Shown here piece after piece: positions 28,835 to 38,434 of a stretch of 64,000 nt of DNA (position 1 is the first letter of the stretch; every line of letters starts with the position of its first letter). A program made the position numbers and the translations under genes. The stretch comes from Candidatus Omnitrophota bacterium (GTDB lineage Bacteria; Omnitrophota; Gorgyraeia; Zapsychrales; Fredricksoniimonadaceae): positions 31,963 to 95,962 of the forward strand of contig CAIVRE010000014.1 of assembly GCA_903908245.1 (NCBI GenBank), written 5' to 3'. The notes beneath the pieces were generated by a model. The model was not told the DNA's origin. It did no database searches and saw only the letters and a program-made list of their open reading frames with translations.

Positions 28835-28863
28835 ACCTCCTTCATCCCGGGGATGATGGAGGT
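28835..28863. repeat. 29-bp palindrome (REP-like family B, copy 1)
   Basis: ACCTCCTTCATCCCGGGGATGATGGAGGT; 25/29 identical to 43240-43268. Confidence 0.85.
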
Positions 28864-28865
28864 TA

Positions 28866-29093
28866 TTAATAATTAAAAAGGTCTTTCAGCGTAAGATTGC
28901 GCTCGGGCTTGAGCGTGCGAAGGGCTTCGAGGATCTTTATCTGCATGTTCGGCGTAAGGATGCGGCCCTTGCGCCCTTTTTGCATCGCCTTGAAACTTAA
29001 CTGCCTGGTTGATGCCGCCACCACGTCCGCGTTCGACAGCGCCAGCGCGTTCATCAGCGCATCGATCGGCTGAACGCCATGCTCAATCGCCAC
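28866..29093 (-). CDS. Small hypothetical protein (possibly HTH-like)
   Basis: Basic, about 75 aa, ends LKDLFNY. Likely GTG start overlapping the rho stop. Confidence 0.6.
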   Translation of the reverse strand: MAIEHGVQPIDALMNALALSNADVVAASTRQLSFKAMQKGRKGRILTPNMQIKILEALRTLKPERNLTLKDLFNY

Positions 29094-30105
29094 TGATGAC
29101 CTCACCCACCGCCGCCAGGAAATCTTTATTCGTCGGATATTTATTAAGCTGTTTGATCAGCGCGCTGCCGGCCTCGACCGCCTTGTAATTCAGAAGCGCG
29201 CGGCGCAGCATCTCGACCTTCTTGAGCTCCTCGGCAGACATCAAAAGCTCCATCTTGCGCGTGGCACTTTTGGGGATATCGATCGCCGGATAAATGCGCC
29301 GGGTTGAAAGATCCCGTGACAGCACCACTTCCATATTACCCGTGCCCTTGAATTCCTCGAAGATCACATCATCCATCCGGCTGCCGGTCTCGACCAATAT
29401 CGTCGCCAGGATCGTGAGAGAACCGCCGTTCTCGATCTTGCGCGCGGCGCCGAAGATGCGCCGGGGAACTTCAATGGCGCGCGAATCAAGCCCGCCGGAG
29501 ATCGTGCGCCCGCTGGAACGGATCTCGGCATTATGCACGCGCGACAACCGCGTCAGGGAATCGATCAGCACCATCACATCTTTGCCCGAACCCGCCTCGC
29601 GCATGGCTTCATGCATAAGGTCGTCCGCCACACGCACGTGGTGCTCATAATCCTGGTCCGATGACGACGCCCGCACATCGGCTGTCACACTGCGCTTGAA
29701 ATCCGTCACCTCTTCCGGCCGTTCATCGACCAGAAGGCAATATAATTTTACCTGAGGATAGGCCTTGCCCACCGCTTGGCAGATATGCTTGAGGATCGTG
29801 GTCTTGCCTGAACCCGGCGGCGCCACAATAAGCCCGCGCTGGCCCATACCAATGGGGCAGATCAGGTCTATGGCGCGCATGGTGAACTCGGCACTGCCGT
29901 TCTCTAAATAAATACGGGGAGAAGGATCGATCGGCGTGCCGGCATAGAACGCGGCCTCAGCCGGGTCGCTACCGCGGCCGCCGAAAGGCCTGGACGCCGG
30001 CCGCTGGGACTGCTGCGGCTTGCGGGTCCTGCTGTCATTGCGCTGCTGGGATGTTTTCTGGCGCGACCGGCCGCCATGATTCCGGGGATGGTACAAGGAG
30101 CTCAT
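29083..30105 (-). CDS. rho: Short-form transcription termination factor Rho (ATPase domain only)
   Basis: PIGMGQRGLIVAPPGSGKT, VDERPEEVTD, IDSLTRL, FEEFKGTGNME; N-terminal OB-fold absent. Confidence 0.9.
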   Translation of the reverse strand: MSSLYHPRNHGGRSRQKTSQQRNDSRTRKPQQSQRPASRPFGGRGSDPAEAAFYAGTPIDPSPRIYLENGSAEFTMRAIDLICPIGMGQRGLIVAPPGSGKTTILKHICQAVGKAYPQVKLYCLLVDERPEEVTDFKRSVTADVRASSSDQDYEHHVRVADDLMHEAMREAGSGKDVMVLIDSLTRLSRVHNAEIRSSGRTISGGLDSRAIEVPRRIFGAARKIENGGSLTILATILVETGSRMDDVIFEEFKGTGNMEVVLSRDLSTRRIYPAIDIPKSATRKMELLMSAEELKKVEMLRRALLNYKAVEAGSALIKQLNKYPTNKDFLAAVGEVISGD

Positions 30106-30434
30106 TTTTTCTCTGTCATGATCTTTACTGTTATTGAAAGGCCATTACCCCATGGCCAAAGGAATGCAAATTCACCGCCGCCCGCGCCCTGGCGGAAATA
30201 CATGGTCTGGTTCGCCTGGATCCCGCCATAAGCCCTGGCTTTGGCTGATAGAGCAGACGTCGGAGGGACCCCTTTGGCTTTAAGCGGCTCGCCAAAATAC
30301 GAACGCAATAAAACCTCGGCAGCTCCCAGCGCATCGGAAGACACCACGATCTCGAAATGATCGTCCTGCTGCACGCGCGATTCTACACAATTGAGTTTTT
30401 TTGCTTCACCCAGCAATTCCTGGAAGGTCATCAA
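30102..30434 (-). CDS. Hypothetical protein
   Basis: 110-aa ORF with ATGA overlap to rho; 'YGGIQANQT', 'FLWPWG'. Confidence 0.6.
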   Translation of the reverse strand: MMTFQELLGEAKKLNCVESRVQQDDHFEIVVSSDALGAAEVLLRSYFGEPLKAKGVPPTSALSAKARAYGGIQANQTMYFRQGAGGGEFAFLWPWGNGLSITVKIMTEKK

Positions 30435-30598
30435 ACTGCTCTCATTGAATTGATCTCACGGAAGGACTGAATATATTCTTTAATGCGCAACAGCATACCA
30501 TACGAATATGAAAAATGCCAATTAATCCTTACACCGAAAGGAAAGCCCGTGTCAATACTATCCGGCACGGGCTTGAAGGGGCTGATCTGATCGTCCTC

Positions 30599-33586
30599 TT
30601 ATACCGACGGAGGCGCCGAACTCCCGGCATCGCTGAATAACGGCATATTCGCCGCCGGCTGAATGTTAAGGATGACCGGCACCAGGCCGTCGATCCTGAT
30701 ATTATCCAGGTTCTGCTGGCTGACCGGCAAAGGAACGCCCGCGCCATCGCGCTTGATCTTCAAATTCATGTCCGCCGTGTTGAGGTCGATACCACCGACC
30801 GGCTGCTTATCCTGCGAACGATCCACCGCTTCCAATATTCTTTCCGCCTGCGCCTCCCTCATTTCCCGGGTTTTCTCACGGCCACCCTGAACACCTTCCA
30901 GCAACCGCTGATGAGCTTCACGAAAAGCCTCTCTTGAGCGCTCTTTCTGCTCTTGCGAAGCTGCGCGGAACGCCTTCGCTTTTTCCATTAGATCCTGCAA
31001 TTGCTCGCGCATTTTAGTGCGCAATTCTTGCCCCATAGACATGAAATCTGCCAGGTCTTCAATTGACCTGATCTTTGCCTCAGTGACCATATCGATCGCT
31101 GACTGAGGTACGCCTTCAAAAGACAATGCTTTTCCATCATCAGAAACAGTGAATTTCCCGCTGCCGGGTTTCTCAAAATTGACCGGATTCTGTACATCCG
31201 TCGGGGCATACCCTTCTGCTTTCAAGATCGTAATGATCTCAGGCAGCTTGCCATCTTTGACGGCATACTTTCCACGGGCATCCTTGCCTCCGACCGACGA
31301 AGACGTCCCGTCGCCAAGCAAGGCATTCCCCATCAGAGGCTTGAATTCCATTCTGGAGTTGATAACGAATCCTGCGGAAATACCCGCCTGCGGACTGGCC
31401 TGACGGCCTTCCAGTTTAGTCTGACCTATCACCGCCGTATTCACAGGCTGGTCGTTCGCGCCGGGTTGCGTTATCCCCGATCCCTCCGGCGTATATTTCA
31501 AGGCCGCGATCTCCTCCGATTGGGCCTCCGTAACCGTCATTGCAACCTCTTTCTCCCCGACAGGCTTGGCATTATCGATCCCCATCCCCTGCAAACGGGA
31601 CATCAACGTCGGGATCAAATTCGGGCTTCCGACCGTCACGATCAAATTCACGACAGGCTGCCCGTCCTTCTGCGCGCTAATGCCGCGGCTCGCAACGATC
31701 AACAGCTTCTCGTTGGCTTTCAGATCCACCGCGATCTCTTTTAACGGAGAACGATAGATGATCGCCGCGTGTGTTAAAGCCCCCTTCCGCGGGCTGATGT
31801 CCCGTAGAAACCCGTTCGGGACATTTTTGATCGTCACCAGGCCATCAGAACCCACGGAAACTTTCGTATCTCCCGGCATATCGCTGACCGAATACTCCCC
31901 GGGAGCCGCAAAACGGCCCGGCAGCGTAACACCCAATCCTTCGATCAAATGATTGACCGCAGACCCCGGGCGATTCATCTCCTCCTGCGAAACCCCGCTC
32001 AATACCGCCTCGTTCTTCCCGTCATACGTGATCGTGAACTGGCCTGCCCCGGTCCCCGCTTGCGCCGTAAACGCCGGCACCGTAACAGCCGTAAGGTCGG
32101 TGATCCGGTTCCAATCCGCTTCCGGAGCCGTCGCGACCCGGATCTTCCCTGCTTCGAACGTTGCAGCAATATTGCTATTCCTTAAAGCCGCCATCACCGT
32201 TGACACCCATGCCGGCGCCACGCTTAAAGACCCGTTGACCACAACACTTTTCCCTCCATCGCCCCGGCTGATAACCCCGCTGCTCTCGGATATCAGCGCA
32301 ACATGTCCTGCCGGTATTTGCCTTTCCACTACCGGAGAATGATAGATCGTCGCTGCGTTAGGATAAGCACCAGGATTATCACTGGCCTTGGCATTAAAAG
32401 GATTGAGCAAAACCGCGACCAGCACAAGAAGGCTTCCGAAAGACAGGCCCTTGGATCGGCCCTCCGGTATAACCCGCTGTAACGACGCCTTGGCCGTTTC
32501 AAGATCAACCCGCGTCACCTGCCCCTTGTCAAATGTCTGCGCCGCATTCTCAAAACCGCCCGAGAAATACTTTCGGGGAATGATCTCCTGGGAATAAAAA
32601 TCCTTATCCTCCTTGATCATGTTGAACACGCCTTTTTGAAACGCCGCGACATATTGCTTGTAGATCTCCTGATTCTGAGCTGGGTCCTGGTCAATACCCC
32701 TGACCTTGGACCGGTCGCCATAGACCTTGTTCAGGATCGATTCCTTAAGAGCGCGCTTGTACCACGCGGCCAAAAGCGCGCCGCTGTACACCTGGCGGAC
32801 CGGCGCGAAATTCTGGCCTTCATTCACTTCCTTCTCAATGGCCGGAATAATGACATCGCGCATGACCTGCTGGGATATCTTCAACGCCTCGTTCTCATCG
32901 GGCGTAGCTTCATCGACCATGGTCTGCTTGCTGGCAAGATAATCTTTCTCCATCATGACCTTAAGATGCATGTCGATCACATAGACCGTACTGTCCTTCT
33001 CGTAGATCGTCGCGCTGTCAGGCAGGACCCACACCTTGTTAATAACATCGGTAGGAATATCGGTCGTCCCGAATTTCTGATAAGCCTGCTCATAAACACC
33101 ATCCCAGAATTTCTTTCCAAGGCCGGTATCAGGATTGGTCAGGGTCGCGGAGATCTGCTTCAAGAGATAATCCTGGGCCAAAAGGTCGCGGCCCATTTCT
33201 GTCATGCCGAAATTGTCAGGAATGATCCGGTTCTGTTCATACGGCGAAAGGTTGACCCACTGGTCCGTGTCGGGGATAGCCAAAGACGCCAGAAAATATT
33301 TGATCAATTTCTGATATTCATCCTGCTGCCCGGCATCCACGACCGGATTATCCCCGCGGGAAATAATAAAATCGAATTTAAACGGATCATTGGGATGAAT
33401 GACCATGCCCTTGAGCTGGGCCGGCATGAATGCGGCGCTTAACGGCGCCTGGACACCGGGCTGCGGCATGAGACCGACCGCGGTCAGCGACTGCGCAAAG
33501 CCTTGCGGAGGCATGATGCAACTCAACACAAAGCTCGTTAAAACAAAGAATGATGTTATTTTTCGCATGACCGGCTCCCTTTTCAA
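30599..33586 (-). CDS. Large secreted modular protein with conserved-looking N-domain and C-terminal GGIDLN motif (Omnitrophota-like)
   Basis: Signal peptide; LKGMVIHPNDPFKFDFII, LIKYFLASL, WVNLSPYE, GRDLLAQDYLLKQ, EVNEGQNFA, PRKYFSGG; C-terminus GGIDLN...IKRDG.GVPLP...GLVPVILNI. Family recognised from memory, not from a search. Confidence 0.7.
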   Translation of the reverse strand: MKREPVMRKITSFFVLTSFVLSCIMPPQGFAQSLTAVGLMPQPGVQAPLSAAFMPAQLKGMVIHPNDPFKFDFIISRGDNPVVDAGQQDEYQKLIKYFLASLAIPDTDQWVNLSPYEQNRIIPDNFGMTEMGRDLLAQDYLLKQISATLTNPDTGLGKKFWDGVYEQAYQKFGTTDIPTDVINKVWVLPDSATIYEKDSTVYVIDMHLKVMMEKDYLASKQTMVDEATPDENEALKISQQVMRDVIIPAIEKEVNEGQNFAPVRQVYSGALLAAWYKRALKESILNKVYGDRSKVRGIDQDPAQNQEIYKQYVAAFQKGVFNMIKEDKDFYSQEIIPRKYFSGGFENAAQTFDKGQVTRVDLETAKASLQRVIPEGRSKGLSFGSLLVLVAVLLNPFNAKASDNPGAYPNAATIYHSPVVERQIPAGHVALISESSGVISRGDGGKSVVVNGSLSVAPAWVSTVMAALRNSNIAATFEAGKIRVATAPEADWNRITDLTAVTVPAFTAQAGTGAGQFTITYDGKNEAVLSGVSQEEMNRPGSAVNHLIEGLGVTLPGRFAAPGEYSVSDMPGDTKVSVGSDGLVTIKNVPNGFLRDISPRKGALTHAAIIYRSPLKEIAVDLKANEKLLIVASRGISAQKDGQPVVNLIVTVGSPNLIPTLMSRLQGMGIDNAKPVGEKEVAMTVTEAQSEEIAALKYTPEGSGITQPGANDQPVNTAVIGQTKLEGRQASPQAGISAGFVINSRMEFKPLMGNALLGDGTSSSVGGKDARGKYAVKDGKLPEIITILKAEGYAPTDVQNPVNFEKPGSGKFTVSDDGKALSFEGVPQSAIDMVTEAKIRSIEDLADFMSMGQELRTKMREQLQDLMEKAKAFRAASQEQKERSREAFREAHQRLLEGVQGGREKTREMREAQAERILEAVDRSQDKQPVGGIDLNTADMNLKIKRDGAGVPLPVSQQNLDNIRIDGLVPVILNIQPAANMPLFSDAGSSAPPSV

Positions 33587-33715
33587 GGCCCCATATTAAT
33601 GGAACGACTGCCCAAGACTTCCACCGATTATAAATATACACTATAAAGCACAATGGAAACAAGACCACCCGGGGCTTTACGGGAAACCGTTTTCCGCCTG
33701 AACAGGAGAATACTT

Positions 33716-34060
33716 TTAATCAAGCGCTAAACTGATCCGGACCGCGATGTCTACCTTGGCCATCAAGGCAGGCGAAAGCGCGCCAAGCCGTTGGTCCAAA
33801 CGGCTTTTATCGATCGTCCGGATCTGGGACAAGAGGACCGTAGAGCCCTGTTTAAGGCCTGCGGCCCCGCAAGGGACCTGAACATTGGTAGGATACAACT
33901 TGGTAAAAACCTTCGTGGTCAAAGGCGCTATGATCGTTGTCAGCGAATATTCATTGCCCACATCGTTCTGAAGGACAAGGACCGGGCGATGACCGCGCTG
34001 TTCACTGCCACGGACCGGATCAAGATCGGCGCAATAGATCTCCCCCCTTTTAATCGGCAC
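33716..34060 (-). CDS. mazF: MazF/PemK family endoribonuclease toxin
   Basis: KRGEIYCADLDPVRGSEQRGHRPVLVLQNDVGN, QIRTIDKSRL; GTG start overlapping the antitoxin stop. Confidence 0.92.
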   Translation of the reverse strand: MPIKRGEIYCADLDPVRGSEQRGHRPVLVLQNDVGNEYSLTTIIAPLTTKVFTKLYPTNVQVPCGAAGLKQGSTVLLSQIRTIDKSRLDQRLGALSPALMAKVDIAVRISLALD

Positions 34061-34295
34061 GCAACAATGCCTCCCGGTCAGAGAACTCAAAATCTTTCGC
34101 GAGGTCCATCGCCTCGCCGGACATCTCCGCGTACCCTTCCTTCAAGAGGGCTTCACGGACACACCGCTCTTTTTCATCAATATAAAAATCCACCGCACGC
34201 TGAATAAGGGTACTGCGACCGGCCTTTTCACGACGGGATTCCGCATCCAGGCGGGCTTTCATCTCTTCAGGGATCGTAATATTAATATGCACCAT
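34050..34295 (-). CDS. Ribbon-helix-helix antitoxin (EndoAI/MazE-like)
   Basis: MVHINITIPEEMKARLD...RSTLIQRAV, LKEGYAEM; directly upstream of mazF. Confidence 0.85.
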   Translation of the reverse strand: MVHINITIPEEMKARLDAESRREKAGRSTLIQRAVDFYIDEKERCVREALLKEGYAEMSGEAMDLAKDFEFSDREALLRAD

Positions 34296-34308
34296 AGTAT
34301 CTCCTTTA

Positions 34309-34327
34309 GTATACACTGGAAGTATAC
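34309..34327. promoter_or_regulatory. Putative RHH operator of the TA operon
   Basis: Two palindromic GTATAC boxes 7 nt apart, just upstream of the antitoxin RBS. Confidence 0.5.
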
Positions 34328-34474
34328 CATTGAAGTATCTCTCCCGCAATAAGGAATTACCACAAGTGTCCGGTAGGAACGCACAAACCCGTGACAACAT
34401 ATCACGCGCAAGCGAACGGGTGACGCCACAGGCGCCCCCCAAGCGAATTGGCCCGTAGATGACAAAAGAGCGGA

Positions 34475-34557
34475 AGCATTCGTGCCAATGCGATTGAAGG
34501 CTCGGCCTTTCACTTTATAAGATAAGGACGAGACTTCCTAGCATTGGCGTGAATGCT
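34475..34557 (+). repeat. 17-bp inverted repeat with nested hairpins
   Basis: AGCATTCGTGCCAATGC / GCATTGGCGTGAATGCT, fully paired on the + strand with two G-U pairs. Confidence 0.7.
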
Positions 34558-34597
34558 GAAGCCCGATATGCGGCCAGGCGGCAGGATCCGTGAACAA

Positions 34598-35737
34598 TTA
34601 CCCTCTTGGCTCATGCTCGCCATGATACTGGTAATAATTCACTTCGATCGTGCCGTTAAAAAGCTTGCGGACCCGGTCGGGCGCGGCACGCTTGAAAAAA
34701 TCGGGGAACCGCTTGTCGGCAGTAAGGACGAACAGCGACCAGCCTGTTTTCTTCTTGAACATGTTATGAATGGAAACATAGACCGGCGTAAGCTCTTTCT
34801 GGCTGCCCAGTTTGACCCCGTATGGCGGATTGGTGATGACGATCCCGTACTGTTTGTCGATCCAGAGGTCTTTGATATCCTTGACCGCGAACGCAATATC
34901 CCCGGCAACACCGGCATTCCTGGCATTGATCAGGCAATCCTTGATACGCTCTTCATCAATGTCGTAACCGAAGATCTTAAGCTCTCCTTCGCGGATAATA
35001 GCCGCTTGCGCGTCCAGCCTGGCCTTGCGCCAATACTCACTGTCAAGCGCAGGCCACAACTCGGAAACGAACTCCCGATCAATGCCCGGCGCGATATTCC
35101 GGGCGATCATGGCCGCCTCGATGAGGATCGTCCCCGACCCGCACATCGGGTCGATAAGCAGCCGCTCCTTATCCCAGAAACTTAAAAGGACCAGCGCTGC
35201 CGCCAGGTTCTCGCGCAAGGGGACATCGCCCTTGGCGCTGCGGTAACCGCGTTTGTGAAGGCCATTGCCGGATGTATCAAGGGTCAGTTGAGCAACGTCT
35301 TTAAGCAGCGCCACGGAAATGGTATATTCAGGGCCGGTCTCGGGTAAAATTTCCGTAAGGAATTTCTCCTTCAGGCGCTCGACAACCGCTTTCTTGACGA
35401 TCGACTGGCAGGAACGCACGCTCATCAACTGAGAGCGGACACATTTACCGATGACCTCGATCCTGGCATCATAAGTCAGCCAGTCCTCCCAGGGAAGCGC
35501 CCTGGCAGCATCGAACAACTGCCCGAAATCCGTCGCCGGGAATTCGCCCACTTTTACCAGGACCCTGTCAGCCGCCCTTAAACCGATATTCAACCGCGGG
35601 ATATCCTTCATTTCGGCGTCAAATTCGATCTTGCCATCGGCCACAACAAAGTCGTTAAAACCCAGGTCCATCAACTCCCTCTTGATAACAGCCTCGAGGC
35701 CGAATGTCGACAGAACGATCAGCCGTACCTTGCTCAT
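34598..35737 (-). CDS. rlmL: THUMP-domain rRNA m2G methyltransferase (RlmL/YpsC-like)
   Basis: FGLEAV..REL, LDTSGNGLHKRGYR, DPMCGSGTILIEAA, TNPPYG. Confidence 0.9.
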   Translation of the reverse strand: MSKVRLIVLSTFGLEAVIKRELMDLGFNDFVVADGKIEFDAEMKDIPRLNIGLRAADRVLVKVGEFPATDFGQLFDAARALPWEDWLTYDARIEVIGKCVRSQLMSVRSCQSIVKKAVVERLKEKFLTEILPETGPEYTISVALLKDVAQLTLDTSGNGLHKRGYRSAKGDVPLRENLAAALVLLSFWDKERLLIDPMCGSGTILIEAAMIARNIAPGIDREFVSELWPALDSEYWRKARLDAQAAIIREGELKIFGYDIDEERIKDCLINARNAGVAGDIAFAVKDIKDLWIDKQYGIVITNPPYGVKLGSQKELTPVYVSIHNMFKKKTGWSLFVLTADKRFPDFFKRAAPDRVRKLFNGTIEVNYYQYHGEHEPRG

Positions 35738-36984
35738 TTCCATGACCCTTTCGGTACATTAAAATACCCATGACGCACGCCAGGAAAAAGCTTCCGGACC
35801 CGCTCCATGACCATACGAATACCCATCTGAGGGCTGTCATCCATCACTTTCATTTTCCTGAAATACAATTGCGGGTCATAATTCAGGTTCCGCCACTGGA
35901 TCATATCAACGCCGAACCGGCGGATCAGCCCCGTCAATGCCCTGAATTCATCTTCCCTGTCGGTAAAACCCGGCATCACCAGATAATTCAAAGAAACGAA
36001 CTTTTTCTGCCGCCGGGCGACCGCGATCGAAGCGCAAACATCGTCAAACCCGTACCCCTTCGGAGAATAATAACGCTCGTAATATTCACGCCGCGCGCTG
36101 TTAAGGCTGACACGAATGCTGTCCAGGCCCGCCCGGCACAAGGCGTCGATATCCGCCGTGTGGCTGGCGTTGGTATTCATATGGATCGTGCCCCGCGGCG
36201 TAGCCTTTCGGATGATCCCGATCGCCTCCTTAATGGTTCCGGCGGCCATGAGCGGCTCACCCTCACAACCCTGCCCGAAACTGACAATGGCGTCTTTGAC
36301 CGCCCTGATATGCAGCAAGGCGACCTCCGCGATCTCTTCCGGCGCAGGCACGAACCGCAGGCGTGGCTGAGTGGCGGAACAGGAACCTTTTGCCTGCAAA
36401 GAAATACACCCCAGGCATCGGGCATTGCAGGTCGGAGAGACCGGCAATGGCCCTTCATATTTCCCGAAAAAGAAATTGATAGCATTAGGACAGGAATTCA
36501 CCCAGGCGCAATCGGCCAGATGTTCGATCATCCGGTTGGACGTACCCGCAAACCTCCGGATCGCACGCGCCAAAAGATCCCTGTTGACACCGGTAATATC
36601 ATGATTTTTCCGGCGATCCACCCTTATCGCCGGCACATGGAAAGCGTTCCGATAGAACGCGACCGGCGTGTATGAAAAAAGCGGCAGGATCGTTGCGCCT
36701 TTACGTTGGGTGTACGCCACGCTTAAAAGCTGGGTGTACCCGGGAGGGATGAATGCGGCAACAGGCAAGACCCCCTCGACCGCTTCATAATCATTGCGCG
36801 CGATATTGAACGCCACCGGCGACCTGTCAGGAAGAAAGAACAGGTTACTGCCCGGAGGCAGCGGCACAAGGTCCCGGGACGACAAGAGCGATACCGCATC
36901 CCCCGCCTGTCCGCAGGCAAGATATCCGGGAAGATCGAAGACCTTTTGATCCTTATCGGCAACACAGAGCACAGCCTTTGGCAT
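35734..36984 (-). CDS. Radical SAM protein
   Basis: Start MPKAVLCV (ATG 36984). CNARCLGC cluster motif, SFGQGCEGEPL, DSIRVSLNS. Confidence 0.85.
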   Translation of the reverse strand: MPKAVLCVADKDQKVFDLPGYLACGQAGDAVSLLSSRDLVPLPPGSNLFFLPDRSPVAFNIARNDYEAVEGVLPVAAFIPPGYTQLLSVAYTQRKGATILPLFSYTPVAFYRNAFHVPAIRVDRRKNHDITGVNRDLLARAIRRFAGTSNRMIEHLADCAWVNSCPNAINFFFGKYEGPLPVSPTCNARCLGCISLQAKGSCSATQPRLRFVPAPEEIAEVALLHIRAVKDAIVSFGQGCEGEPLMAAGTIKEAIGIIRKATPRGTIHMNTNASHTADIDALCRAGLDSIRVSLNSARREYYERYYSPKGYGFDDVCASIAVARRQKKFVSLNYLVMPGFTDREDEFRALTGLIRRFGVDMIQWRNLNYDPQLYFRKMKVMDDSPQMGIRMVMERVRKLFPGVRHGYFNVPKGSWK

Positions 36985-36985
36985 A

Positions 36986-38383
36986 TTATTGGATTTTCCC
37001 GCCGACAGGAAGATTGATCGTGACCACCGTGCCCTTGCCGACCGTACTGTGGACCATGATCCGGCCCGCATGCTTCTCGATAATATTGTAAACGATCGCC
37101 AGCCCAAGCCCAGTCCCCTGGCCGACTTCCCTGGTGGTAAAGAAAGGTTCGAAAATATGCTGAAGGTCAGGCTCCGGGATCCCGGAGCCGTCATCTTCGA
37201 TCTCGATAAGGACGTCATCCTTCTGGCACGAGGTGCGGATGACAACCCGGCCCTTCTCTCCGACAGCCTGCGCCGCATTAAGCAGCAGATTGATGAACAC
37301 CTGCTCGACCTGCCGGGGATGACAAAGTATCCGCGGAAGATCACCGTACTCCTTGACGACCTCAACATTATATTTCAAATTGCTCCGGGTAATATTAAGC
37401 GTGGCATCAATGAGCGCATGGATATCCGCGGATTCCTGTGCCGCCTTTTCTTCGCGCGCGAATGTCCTAAGGTCCGCAACGATCCTGGCGACCTGCGCCA
37501 CTCCACGGCTTGATTCCTCGATCAGTTTCCGGAGGTCCACGAAAAGCCCGGCCAGGTCCACCTCACGCCTGAAATCCTCCACCAAACCCAGCGGCTTGCA
37601 AACCTCCGCCAAAGAACACGCCTTCACGGCCGACTCGAGTTGGCCGTAAAACCTGAACATATCATCGATCGTATCGGTGTATCTCCTCAAAACGGAAAGA
37701 TTAGTGCTGATATAGCCTATCGGATTATTGATCTCATGCGCGATCCCCGCCGACAACCGGCCCAGCGATGCCATCTTCTCGGTCTGGATCATGTACGTCT
37801 GCATCTGCTTCAAATTCCGGTTCGCCAGCTCCAGGGATCTCTTCTCGAGGACCAGGGAACTGTTGACACTGGCCAGTTCCGCGGTCCGGTGATCGACGAG
37901 CAGCTCAAGATGACGGCGATAGGCCTCCAGCTCGGCTTCCGATTTCTTGCGCCCGGAAATATCATACGCCGTCCCCTGAATCCCGGTGATATTCCCGCTC
38001 TCGTCGGTCATGAATCTGGCATAGCACACCAAATGGATAGCATTGCCCGCTTTGCCAATATGGACCGCCTCAAAGTCCTTGACGGCCTCTCCGCCGATCA
38101 ACCTGGCGAATTCCTGCTCACAACGGACAGCCATTTCCGGGCGCTGAAAGTCGGAGAACTTCCTGCCCAGCATCTCCTCGACCTTGTAGCCGAACGCCTG
38201 CTCCCACGCCGCGTTAAGATAAACATAACGCCCCTCAAGATCACATTGCCAGATCAGGTTCAAAGACGCTTCGACGAAGTCATAATAGAACATCGCCTCG
38301 GCCCGCGACTTGATCAGTTCATCGATAAGCTGTTCTTTGGAAAGAATGAAAAGATCCTGGGGAGTGGATGATCGAGTATTCAT
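36986..38383 (-). CDS. Cytoplasmic PAS histidine kinase
   Basis: PAS domain, coiled coil, EKMASLGRLSAGIAHEINNP, FEPFFTT, GTGLGL. Confidence 0.92.
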   Translation of the reverse strand: MNTRSSTPQDLFILSKEQLIDELIKSRAEAMFYYDFVEASLNLIWQCDLEGRYVYLNAAWEQAFGYKVEEMLGRKFSDFQRPEMAVRCEQEFARLIGGEAVKDFEAVHIGKAGNAIHLVCYARFMTDESGNITGIQGTAYDISGRKKSEAELEAYRRHLELLVDHRTAELASVNSSLVLEKRSLELANRNLKQMQTYMIQTEKMASLGRLSAGIAHEINNPIGYISTNLSVLRRYTDTIDDMFRFYGQLESAVKACSLAEVCKPLGLVEDFRREVDLAGLFVDLRKLIEESSRGVAQVARIVADLRTFAREEKAAQESADIHALIDATLNITRSNLKYNVEVVKEYGDLPRILCHPRQVEQVFINLLLNAAQAVGEKGRVVIRTSCQKDDVLIEIEDDGSGIPEPDLQHIFEPFFTTREVGQGTGLGLAIVYNIIEKHAGRIMVHSTVGKGTVVTINLPVGGKIQ

Positions 38384-38434
38384 CTGACTAGGATTATACC
38401 CATGGGGCAGGCTTCTGGCTATTAGAAAAACCCG

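Noticed and set aside
33716-34597. TA module as an integron cassette
   Set aside because: No RYYYAAC...GTTRRRY attC structure found flanking it and no integrase in the window.
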